NCBI GenBank assembly: GCA_964468205.1
Contig: CAYXVG010000035.1
Span: 5,143-69,142, forward strand
DNA from: an uncultured Solibacteraceae bacterium
GTDB taxonomy: Bacteria > Acidobacteriota > Terriglobia > Bryobacterales > Bryobacteraceae
DNA: 64,000 bases
Direction of reading: 5' to 3'
The notes under the pieces were generated by a model, which searched no databases, was not told the origin of the DNA, and was given only the letters and a program-made list of their open reading frames with translations. The position numbers were made by a program, and so were the translations under genes. The first letter of the stretch is position 1. Each line of letters starts with the position of its first letter. This document shows, piece after piece, positions 48,901-57,196 of the stretch.

Positions 48901-49221
48901 TCAGCGCAAATAGGGCGCGGAGCACGCATAGGGGTGCTTCCGGCAATGCTTGCGCCACTTCTTTTGTTGCTTGATCACGCACTTCCGATACTTCTTGTGC
49001 GACCGGTATTTCGCGCAGGGATTCCCGCAATGCACGCACGGGCCGCCGATGCGCGCCGGATACGGGCCAAGGCAGGCAGGCCCGGTTCGATACCCGGCAT
49101 GAACACTCACAACAACGCCCGGCCCATAGTGGGAGGCTTGGCGACGATACTTCCCGTGCCCCGCCTGAAGCGGCAGTCCCATAACGAACAAGAGCGTCAG
49201 GATCAAAATCGAAGCTCTCAT
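48901..49221 (-). CDS. Small secreted Cys/His/Lys/Tyr-rich basic protein
   Basis: Internal Met of ORF 48901..49296, preceded by AGGAGG. MRASILILTLLFVMGLPLQA is a signal peptide. The mature part of about 86 aa has 8 Cys and many K/R/H/Y residues. Confidence 0.55.
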   Translation of the reverse strand: MRASILILTLLFVMGLPLQAGHGKYRRQASHYGPGVVVSVHAGYRTGPACLGPYPARIGGPCVHCGNPCAKYRSHKKYRKCVIKQQKKWRKHCRKHPYACSAPYLR

Positions 49222-49365
49222 CGAAACCTCCTTTCGCCTCTCCGAGAGCATGCACGGGTCCGAAGAGAAAGGGCGTCGAGAATCAGAGACTTGCACGTGC
49301 GGAATTCCAGTTCGCTGGTTGTTCGCAACCAGTCTGGTTGAGTTCCACCATCACCCGCTGGCAAG

Positions 49366-50268
49366 ATGGAGCGCATGCATTGCGAGTTACTTCTCACAGC
49401 CCCGGCGCCTTTCGACTTCGTCAACACAGCCTACTCGCATGGATGGGTCGTACTGGCTCCGAATTCCTGGGATCCGGAAAGCGCGACCCTTCGGCGCGTC
49501 GAACGGTTGTCAAGCGGCGTGGCCGTGAGGTTAGCAATCGCTGGCGGAGGCACGGCGCACCGCCCGGAGATCCGTGTAGTTGTCGATTCGGCTACGCGGC
49601 TAGGGATTCGCGCCCGCCGGGAGATCACTCACAAAGTCGGCCACATGCTTCGTCTGGACGAGGACCTGACTCCGTTCTATCGTCTCTGCCGCAAGCGGGG
49701 TGGGCATTGGCGGGCGGTGACCGGGGGCATGGGCCGGTTGCTCCGCTCGCCGAGCCTGTGGGAGGACTTCGTCAAGGTAATTTGCACAACCAATATCCAG
49801 TGGGGTGGAACGAAGGCGATGGTCGCCGGCTTGGTTGACGCTTACGGAGATTCCGGAAGCTTCCCAACTCCCGAGGCGATCGCGGCGGCCTCGCTCTCCG
49901 AATTCCAGCGCTCAGTGCGGCTAGGCTATCGCGCTCCCTACGTGCATGAACTGGCGACGCTGACCGCGAGCGGAGCCCTTGATCTGGAAACTCTATACCA
50001 ACCCGGCACGCCATCCGGGGAATTGAAGAGAAAGGTGCTCGCCTTGAAAGGCGTCGGGCCATACGCCGCGGCGACCCTCCTTATGCTGATGGGCCGCTAC
50101 GACGATTTGCCGGTCGATACAGTGGCGCGCGAGTTCGCTGCGAAGAAGTACTTCGGCGGGAGGAAGCCGAGTGATGCCGAGGTGCGGGCGATCTACGACG
50201 ATTGGGGAGAATGGAGGTTCCTCGCCTATTGGTTCGACCTCTGGCAAGGGCCGGACGAGAAGCTATAG
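49366..50268 (+). CDS. HhH-GPD superfamily DNA glycosylase (AlkA/Ogg-like)
   Basis: 300 aa. Helix-hairpin-helix LKGVGPYAAATLLMLMG is followed by a conserved Asp (DDLPVDTV). Confidence 0.7.
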   Translation: MERMHCELLLTAPAPFDFVNTAYSHGWVVLAPNSWDPESATLRRVERLSSGVAVRLAIAGGGTAHRPEIRVVVDSATRLGIRARREITHKVGHMLRLDEDLTPFYRLCRKRGGHWRAVTGGMGRLLRSPSLWEDFVKVICTTNIQWGGTKAMVAGLVDAYGDSGSFPTPEAIAAASLSEFQRSVRLGYRAPYVHELATLTASGALDLETLYQPGTPSGELKRKVLALKGVGPYAAATLLMLMGRYDDLPVDTVAREFAAKKYFGGRKPSDAEVRAIYDDWGEWRFLAYWFDLWQGPDEKL

Positions 50269-50415
50269 AGGTCTGGCAAGACCGAGACCCCCACCGCCGA
50301 ATCTCCTTAGAGTGACTGCGGCTGTGGCCGTGAAGTGAGAATGTCGTTTTTGAGCGAAGTAGGAATGTCGCCTTGACAGCCCCATTCTCTGAGGATGCAG
50401 GAAGGACTACTAGAG

Positions 50416-50870
50416 ATGGGTCAAACACATCGTGGCCGTCTGGTCGCGTTAAAGAAGGCGCAGAAGAGATCGATTACACAGGCGGAGGCCGCCGCTGGAT
50501 AAGAGCCACCACCTTGGCGCCGTTGAGCCATGTGGGGAGGCGAGAGGTGCTGAGGGATTACACCTTGCGCTGGGATGAGAAGTTGTACCGGATCGAGCGG
50601 TGGGCAAGCACGACGGGGTTGCGCCGAGCCAAGGTGCGAGTGGAGCAGCGGCTGGATGGTTCCATGGCGGTACGCCATGGTGAACGCTACCTGCCCGTCA
50701 AGGAATGCGCCGTGGCAGGCAAGCCGGAAGCGCCGCCGAAAAAGCCAACCCAGAGCAGTCGCCCCCGTGGTCAAGGCAGCGACTGGAACAAGGATTTCGA
50801 CCTGAAGAAAGGGCCGAAGGTACGGCAGGCAGCACAAGCATCGGGCTATCGGGGAAGCACTGGGGAGTGA
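50416..50870 (+). pseudogene. Internally deleted, frame-broken IS transposase remnant (rve-type; ISNCY/IS481-like C-terminus)
   Basis: A 28-aa N-terminal HTH fragment, MGQTHRGRLVALKKAQKRSITQAEAAAG, ends at a stop at 50500-50502. In another frame lies the typical transposase C-terminus ...YTLRWDEKLYRIERW...GLRRAKVRVEQRLDGSMAVRHGERYLPVKEC. No DDE catalytic core is present. Confidence 0.55.
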
Positions 50871-51580
50871 GCCTTCCGATCCGGGCTGAGGAGCGAGTCG
50901 TGGGCCAAAGACGCCCTGTACAGGGAAACTCTCCAGACGACCGAAAAACCTACCCGGATTTTCGTTCGCCCCAAGAGAGTTTGCGTCGATGTCCACCCGC
51001 TCGCTCCGTGACCCGGACGGTTCTTCACCGGCAGTGCGCACTCGCCGCCGAACCAAGGGGCCCGGACTGGCGTTTTCAAGGCATGACGGAATCTATCGCT
51101 CCGATGAGATCAACCGAACCCTCAGAGCCTGGGGGGCGGGCGCCGCCTCCCGTTGGTCGGCCTCCGGGCCTAGGCCAAGGACGCGGCGGGAGAAACTGCT
51201 CCGCGTCCTGCTCATCGTTTGCGACGAGTTCCGACCGACTATTCATTGATCGGGTTGCTCGCCAGCAGAGCCCGTCTCTGCTTCACCGGCGACCGCAGAA
51301 TAGCACGCACTTCCCAACCGCTCGGGCAACAGGCGACGTTTCTACTTTCGTTGACATATGTGACGTTTTTGATTGTTTTGTAAGTAGAAGTGTGATATCT
51401 ATTGACAGGTTTTGCAATCGCCACCGCACGTGACGAGTTCGTTTCGGAGTTGGAGAATGAGTCTTCGGGTCGGTTCCGCACCATCGCGCCCTAATCTCAC
51501 TTGTGCCTGCCATCCCAGATCCTGTTTCACTCTCCGAGCAAAATCTGTCATTACGAAATTCCTTTGAAAGGGGATTGGAC

Positions 51581-54500
51581 ATGGATCGTCCACTGCGGCA
51601 TCTTCTGCCGCTGATCATACTTCTTCTTATGGCTCCCCTCTGCCTCGCGCAGAGTTCGGCCACAGTTACAGGTGTTGTCCAGGATTCGACCGGAGCGGTA
51701 ATCCCCGGCGCGAACCTGACACTCACCAACGTGCAACAGAACCGGCCATGGACAACTCAGAGTAATGCCGTTGGCGCTTACACATTCCAGCAGATCCCGC
51801 CGGGGAACTACCGTCTGGAGGTCGAGGCTGACGGCTTCAAGAAGTTTTCTCGTTCAGGCCTGATCATCAATGTTGCCCAGACCGCGGAGATCAACGTCCC
51901 GTTGGAAGTCGGAGCGCTTACGGAAACCGTCGAGATCACGGCGGAAACGCCGCTTCTCGATACCGCCAGCTCTACCCTTGGCGAGGTGGTCAATGAAATT
52001 ACCACTGAGAACCTGCCGCTGAACGGCCGGAACGTACTTCAGCTAGTGGCTCTGACGCCGGGCATCAATACTACCCGCAGTTACCGGACGTCTTCTTCCG
52101 GAAGCGGCAGCATCTCCGCCGTCGCTTTCTCGGCAAACGGTGGCCGCAACGTATCCAATCAGGTCATGCTGGACGGGACGCCCCAGGAGGTGATGGGTTA
52201 CAATCAGCCGTCGTTCGTGCCCTCTCCGGACGCGGTTCAGGAATTCAAAGTCCAGACCAATGCCCTCTCGGCAGAGTATGGCCGCAGCGGCGGCGCCGTG
52301 GTGAACATGGTGCATAGGTCCGGAACCAGCGAGTTCCACGGCGTGGGTTACTGGTTCGTCCGCAACGACGCTTTCGACGCGAACTCATTCTTCCAGAACC
52401 GGAACAAAACGCCCAAGTCCGGATTCCGGTACAACCAGTATGGAGCGACGCTCGGCGGTCCGATGACGCCGTCCCGGGAAACCACCTTCTTCTTTGTCAA
52501 CTACGAAGGCCTTATCCGGCGCAACGCTGGAGGCGGCACCCATACAGTGCCCACGGCAAAAATGCGGTCAGGCGACTTCTCCGAGTTGCTGGATCCTTCT
52601 CTCAATAAGATCTCCGAGATCATCTATGACCCGATGACGATCGATGGTTCGGGCGTCCGCCAACCCTTCGCCGGAAATATCATCCCCGGTGATCGGCTGG
52701 ACCCGGTGGGTGTCAACTTTGTCAACGAGTACCCGACGCCCTCCACTCCAAACACGTTCAACAACTTCTTCACGACGAAGGGCAACAAGATCGACCGCTA
52801 CACTCTCACGGCGAAGTTCGATCACCGTTTCTCCGAGCGAAACAACTTCTTTGGGCGTATTAACTGGGACAAGAACGACAGCAAGTTGCCGGATCACTAT
52901 GAAACTCCAGGTTCCCCGAACCTCGGTAACAGCGGGGCGAGGAACAAGGGGATTACCATCGACGACACGCATATGTTGGGCCAGTGGATCCTCCACGGCA
53001 ACGCCGGAATCGCCTATCACGCCAACCCCAGAGACACGCCGATTGTTGAGAACATTAACGCGCAACTCGGACTGCCCAGCTACATCGACGATGTGAATCA
53101 GTTCAGAATCCATCCCCGGGTGAATCCCACCGGCTACAACCAACTTGGGACGAACGGCTCGTGGATCATCGGCAACAAGTTCTACAACATCATCTTCTCC
53201 GGCGACGCTTCCCGGCTGATCGGCAACCACACCGTGAAGTTCGGCGGCACCTACCGGCTGAATCGTGTCTCCAACTTCCGCCCGGTGGACCCGAACGGGC
53301 AGTACGCATTCAACATGAATTGGACGCGCCAGAAGTTCAACGGCGGAAGCGGCGGAGATGGCATCGCCACCATGTTGCTCGGGTTGCCAACCGGAGGCCA
53401 ACTCCGCACCGAACCCTCACTCTCCGAGCAGGTGAAGTACGGCGCGCTTTACTTTCAGGACGACTGGCGCGTAAACAACAAGCTGACCGTGAACATGGGA
53501 CTTCGCTGGGAAACCGACCGTGCTCTCACCGAGAAGTGGGACCGCGCCTCCTGGTACAACACCGGGATCCCGCTTCCGCTAGAGGTTCCCGGTTTCGGCA
53601 CGTTCTTCGGCGGTATCGAATTTGCGGGCCGCCATAACCAGTTCGGAAACAGCGAGCGCGGTATCGTGGACCTGCCGTACATGAACTTCTCACCGCGGCT
53701 AGGTTTCGCTTACAAACTGAGCGACCGGATCGTGCTTCGCTCCGGTTTCGGCATGTTCTACAACCCGACCACCGGAAACGGTCCAAATCCTACCAAAGCC
53801 GGCGCTCTCAGTTTTAATTCCCAGACCGGCATCCCCAGCTCGATCGACGGTGGCCGCACTCCGTACGCCACCCTTCAGGACCCATTCCCGGACGGGTTCA
53901 TTGTTCCGCTGAACGGGTCTGACGGCGAGATGACGAACGTGGGCTCCGGCATCAGCACCAATTTCCGCGATCGTTATATGCCGTATTCGATCCAATGGAA
54001 CGTTAACGTTCAATACGAGTTGCCGGGGAACATGCTGCTCGATGCGGCGTACGCCGGAAACTCAGGCGTCCATCTGCAAGCGAATGCGAGTCAGCTCAAC
54101 CAGTTGCCGGACGCCTTGCTTTCCGAAGGCGACAGGCTGCAGGAGAAGGTGGACAATCCGTTTTTCGGGATTCTTCCAGCCGCTAGTGGCATGGGAAAGA
54201 AAACGACCACCTACGGGCAATTGCTCCGTCCCTATCCGCACTTAACCGGCCTGAATAACCTGCTGGCCACCCACGCCCACTCGAGTTACCATGCCCTGCA
54301 GCTCAAGTTCCGCAAGCGCTACTCGAACGGCATCCAGTTCCTGGTCGCCTACACCTTCTCGAAGACGATCGATGATTTGTCTTCGGTAGCGGGCTTTCTG
54401 GGGCAGGAGAACCCCGGCTATACCAACCACAATAACCGCCGGCTGGATAAGGGTTTATCCAACCTTCATGTTCCGCACGTACTTAGCGTGAACTACCAGT

Positions 54501-55024
54501 GGGAACTGCCCTTCGGCAAAGGGAAACCCTTCCTTAACTCCAGCCGGGCGCTGGATCTGGTCGCCGGCGGCTGGGTACTCAACGGTATCACCACGGCCCA
54601 GAGCGGCCTGCCAATGTCGATCACGTCTCGTACCAACACCTTGCGAAACTTCGGCGGCACCCAGCGGCCGGACTATGTGCTCGGTCAGGACATGCAAACC
54701 AGCGGCTCCAACCAAGAGCGCATCGATGGCTGGATCAACCCAGCCGCGTTCCAGGACACACCCGAGTATACCTACGGTACCCTCGGGATGTACAATTCGG
54801 CTCTTCGGGGACCGGACTACATGTCGTGGGATCTGTCCATCCTGAAGAACTTCCAGCTTACGGAGCGGTTCCGTCTGCAATTCCGGAGCGAGTTCTTCAA
54901 CGCATTTAACCGGCCTAACTTCAACAACCCCGGTGGGCGCACCTTCGGCAATAACAACTTTGGTGTGATCACCGGCACGGAGCCTGCGCGCGTTATCCAG
55001 TTCGGCTTGAAGCTTCACTACTAA
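51581..55024 (+). CDS. TonB-dependent outer-membrane receptor with an N-terminal carboxypeptidase-regulatory-like domain
   Basis: The internal ATG has AAGGGGA about 6 nt upstream and gives the signal MDRPLRHLLPLIILLLMAPLCLAQ. TGVVQDSTGAVIPGANLTLTN...GNYRLEVEADGFKK, and C-terminal ...IQFGLKLHY. Paralogous to 39752..43345. Confidence 0.9.
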   Translation: MDRPLRHLLPLIILLLMAPLCLAQSSATVTGVVQDSTGAVIPGANLTLTNVQQNRPWTTQSNAVGAYTFQQIPPGNYRLEVEADGFKKFSRSGLIINVAQTAEINVPLEVGALTETVEITAETPLLDTASSTLGEVVNEITTENLPLNGRNVLQLVALTPGINTTRSYRTSSSGSGSISAVAFSANGGRNVSNQVMLDGTPQEVMGYNQPSFVPSPDAVQEFKVQTNALSAEYGRSGGAVVNMVHRSGTSEFHGVGYWFVRNDAFDANSFFQNRNKTPKSGFRYNQYGATLGGPMTPSRETTFFFVNYEGLIRRNAGGGTHTVPTAKMRSGDFSELLDPSLNKISEIIYDPMTIDGSGVRQPFAGNIIPGDRLDPVGVNFVNEYPTPSTPNTFNNFFTTKGNKIDRYTLTAKFDHRFSERNNFFGRINWDKNDSKLPDHYETPGSPNLGNSGARNKGITIDDTHMLGQWILHGNAGIAYHANPRDTPIVENINAQLGLPSYIDDVNQFRIHPRVNPTGYNQLGTNGSWIIGNKFYNIIFSGDASRLIGNHTVKFGGTYRLNRVSNFRPVDPNGQYAFNMNWTRQKFNGGSGGDGIATMLLGLPTGGQLRTEPSLSEQVKYGALYFQDDWRVNNKLTVNMGLRWETDRALTEKWDRASWYNTGIPLPLEVPGFGTFFGGIEFAGRHNQFGNSERGIVDLPYMNFSPRLGFAYKLSDRIVLRSGFGMFYNPTTGNGPNPTKAGALSFNSQTGIPSSIDGGRTPYATLQDPFPDGFIVPLNGSDGEMTNVGSGISTNFRDRYMPYSIQWNVNVQYELPGNMLLDAAYAGNSGVHLQANASQLNQLPDALLSEGDRLQEKVDNPFFGILPAASGMGKKTTTYGQLLRPYPHLTGLNNLLATHAHSSYHALQLKFRKRYSNGIQFLVAYTFSKTIDDLSSVAGFLGQENPGYTNHNNRRLDKGLSNLHVPHVLSVNYQWELPFGKGKPFLNSSRALDLVAGGWVLNGITTAQSGLPMSITSRTNTLRNFGGTQRPDYVLGQDMQTSGSNQERIDGWINPAAFQDTPEYTYGTLGMYNSALRGPDYMSWDLSILKNFQLTERFRLQFRSEFFNAFNRPNFNNPGGRTFGNNNFGVITGTEPARVIQFGLKLHY

Positions 55025-55044
55025 ACACGGCTGAAGACCCGCCA

Positions 55045-55079
55045 TTGAGGGCCGCCCCGCTTCTAGGGGCGGCCCTCAA
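55045..55079 (+). terminator. Strong hairpin after the receptor gene
   Basis: TTGAGGGCCGCCCC-gcttcta-GGGGCGGCCCTCAA is a 14-bp perfect stem, 21 nt after the stop. Confidence 0.55.
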
Positions 55080-55273
55080 ACCGTCTCCTGGTCTGCCCGC
55101 TCCGCCATTTGAAGATAGCCGGGATTCTTCTAAATATTGGGTCCAACTCACATGGCGCTCTGCTTGTAGTCCATTGAGCCCGAACCGCCACAGTCGCTGA
55201 GTCCGGTCGCTTTGGTCATCGAGCCGTGCCTGGCTGCCGCAAAGCCGCCGCGCCTTCGATATCCTGGTCTCTC

Positions 55274-56695
55274 ATGAGACTCGCGATTCTGGCCAGCGTT
55301 CTGATGTTCTGCCTGGCGGCCGCCGCCGCGCCGCCGAACATCCTCATCATCGTCTCCGACGATCAGGGCTACGGCGACCTGCGCAGCTATGGCAGTGACG
55401 AGGTGATCACGCCGAACCTCGACCGTCTTGCCGCCGAAGGCGTGCGCCTGACCAACTTCTACGTCACCTGGCCGGCCTGCACGCCGTCGCGTGGCAGCAT
55501 GTTCACTGGCCGCTACCCACAGCGTCACGGCGTCTACGACATGATTCGCAACGAGGCGCCCGACTATGGCTACGAGTACACGCCGGCCGAATACTCCGTG
55601 ACCTTCGAGCGGATCGGCGGCATGGACACCCGTGAGACGCTCCTGCCCGCCATGCTCAAGAAAGGCGGGTACACCGGCGGCATCTTCGGCAAGTGGGATC
55701 TCGGCATGCATCGGCGCTTCCTCCCCTTGGCGCGAGGCTTCGACGAGTTCTACGGGTTTGTCAACACCGGCATCGACTACTACACGCACGAGAGGTACGG
55801 CGTGCCGTCGATGTACCGCGACAATGAGCCCACTGAGGAGGACAAGGGGACCTACTGCACTAGCCTTTTCCTCCGCGAGGGAATGCGTTTCCTACGCGCG
55901 TACCACGAGCAGCCGTTCTTTCTCTACCTGCCGTTCAATGCGCCGCACAGCGCTTCGAACCTCGATCCCGACATTCGTTCCGGAGCGCAGGCGCCGGATC
56001 GCTACAAGCGGATGTATCCACATCTGAAGGAAGGACTCCAGGAGGGTGTCCGCTACGGTAAGCCGGCCATGGTGGCTACCCGCGAGGCTCGCAGGCTACG
56101 CTATCTTGGCTCCATCACCGCCATGGACGAAGCCATCGGTGAGGTGTTGGATTTCGTCGATGAAAACGGCCTGCGCGAAAACACGCTGGTGATCTTCTTT
56201 TCGGATAATGGCGGTGGCGGTGGGGCGGACAACGGTCCGCTGCGCGGCGGAAAAGCGCGAATGTTCGAGGGCGGCGTGCGCGTGCCCTGCATCGTGCGGT
56301 GGCCGGGCAAGATTCCCGCGGGAACGGTCTGCGATGAGTTCCTCACCTCGCTCGAGATCTTTCCGATGGTACTCGGAGCCGCCGGTGTCGGCCATCCGGA
56401 AGGCGTGACGCTGGACGGATTCGACATGATGGATGTGCTCGTGGGAAACACGCAGTCGAAGCGCACGGAGATGTTCTGGGAGCGCCGCTCCGACCGGGCT
56501 GCCCGCGTGGGGAAGTGGAAGTGGGTGGAGTCGGCCGCAGGCGGCGGGCTGTTCGACTTGGATGCCGATATCGGCGAGACCACTGATCTCTCCCAACAGA
56601 AGCCGGAAGTGCTCGAGATGGTCCGTGAGCGGTTTGCGGCTTGGAAGCGGACGATGGAGGAGGCCGAACCGCGGGGTCCGTTCCGCGACTACTGA
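55274..56695 (+). CDS. Sulfatase (S1, formylglycine type), Sec signal
   Basis: MRLAILASVLMFCLAAAAA / PNILIIVSDDQGYGD and CTPSRGSMFTG. The track ORF begins at GTG 55226; the start is uncertain. Confidence 0.9.
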   Translation: MRLAILASVLMFCLAAAAAPPNILIIVSDDQGYGDLRSYGSDEVITPNLDRLAAEGVRLTNFYVTWPACTPSRGSMFTGRYPQRHGVYDMIRNEAPDYGYEYTPAEYSVTFERIGGMDTRETLLPAMLKKGGYTGGIFGKWDLGMHRRFLPLARGFDEFYGFVNTGIDYYTHERYGVPSMYRDNEPTEEDKGTYCTSLFLREGMRFLRAYHEQPFFLYLPFNAPHSASNLDPDIRSGAQAPDRYKRMYPHLKEGLQEGVRYGKPAMVATREARRLRYLGSITAMDEAIGEVLDFVDENGLRENTLVIFFSDNGGGGGADNGPLRGGKARMFEGGVRVPCIVRWPGKIPAGTVCDEFLTSLEIFPMVLGAAGVGHPEGVTLDGFDMMDVLVGNTQSKRTEMFWERRSDRAARVGKWKWVESAAGGGLFDLDADIGETTDLSQQKPEVLEMVRERFAAWKRTMEEAEPRGPFRDY

Positions 56696-56773
56696 TTGCG
56701 CCAGGGAGCCGCGCCGCCCGGCTATAGTTGGAATAGAGGCTCCGCGCTCGCCGCAGCCAGCGAAACTCGAAGA

Positions 56774-57196
56774 ATGGAAGATCTCCCGGTCAACGAACGC
56801 ACCACCATCCCGGCCTCGGAACTGCGTGTTTCCTTTGCCCGCTCGGGCGGACCCGGCGGACAGAACGTGAACAAAGTGGAGACGAAGGTGGATTTGAGAT
56901 GGAACCCCGCCACCAGTTCGGTTCTGAGCGCGGTGGAGCGGGAGCGGCTGTCGCGGCGCCTGTCCTCGCGTCTGACGGCCGAGGGCGATCTCATTGTTAC
57001 CTCCAGCCGGACGCGAGACCAGGGCCGGAACCGGGAAGACGCCCGGGCGAAGCTGGTTCGTTTAATCGCGAAGGCCCTCGAGAAACCGAAGATTCGAAAG
57101 CGTACGCGGCCGGCGAAGGGCGCCATCGAGAGCCGCTTGAAAGAGAAAAAGGAACGGAGCCGGCTGAAGGAACTCCGTCGCGACGCCGAAGGCTAA
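56774..57196 (+). CDS. arfB: Alternative ribosome-rescue factor ArfB (peptidyl-tRNA hydrolase, GGQ domain)
   Basis: 140 aa from the internal Met: ...IPASELRVSFARSGGPGGQNVNKVETKVDLRW..., with a basic C-terminal tail (KPKIRKRTRPAKGAIESRLKEKKERSRLK). Confidence 0.85.
   Translation: MEDLPVNERTTIPASELRVSFARSGGPGGQNVNKVETKVDLRWNPATSSVLSAVERERLSRRLSSRLTAEGDLIVTSSRTRDQGRNREDARAKLVRLIAKALEKPKIRKRTRPAKGAIESRLKEKKERSRLKELRRDAEG

Noticed and set aside
48496-49341. 281-aa plus-strand ORF spanning the HdeD-like gene end and the small secreted-peptide gene.
   Set aside because: It is Arg/Gly/Pro-rich and low in complexity. It is out of frame with the HdeD-like ORF and antisense to an ORF that has a clear ribosome-binding site and signal peptide.
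50421-51433. ORFs 50705..51433 (+, 242 aa), 50421..51056 (-, 211 aa) and 51283..51729 (-, 148 aa) in the IS scar.
   Set aside because: No ribosome-binding sites, low-complexity Arg/Pro/Ser-rich translations and no recognisable motifs. The region is better explained as degraded non-coding DNA.
51240-51580. Possible riboswitch (cobalamin, TPP) or a defined sigma-70 promoter upstream of the second TonB-dependent receptor.
   Set aside because: I could not find a B12-box or TPP-like conserved core by eye. The two TTGACA hexamers lack a convincing -10 at 16-19 bp spacing. Only the existence of an AT-rich, repeat-containing leader is reported.
55148-55789. 213-aa minus-strand ORF overlapping the sulfatase 5' end.
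   Set aside because: It is antisense to a sulfatase with intact catalytic motifs and shows no independent coding signal.
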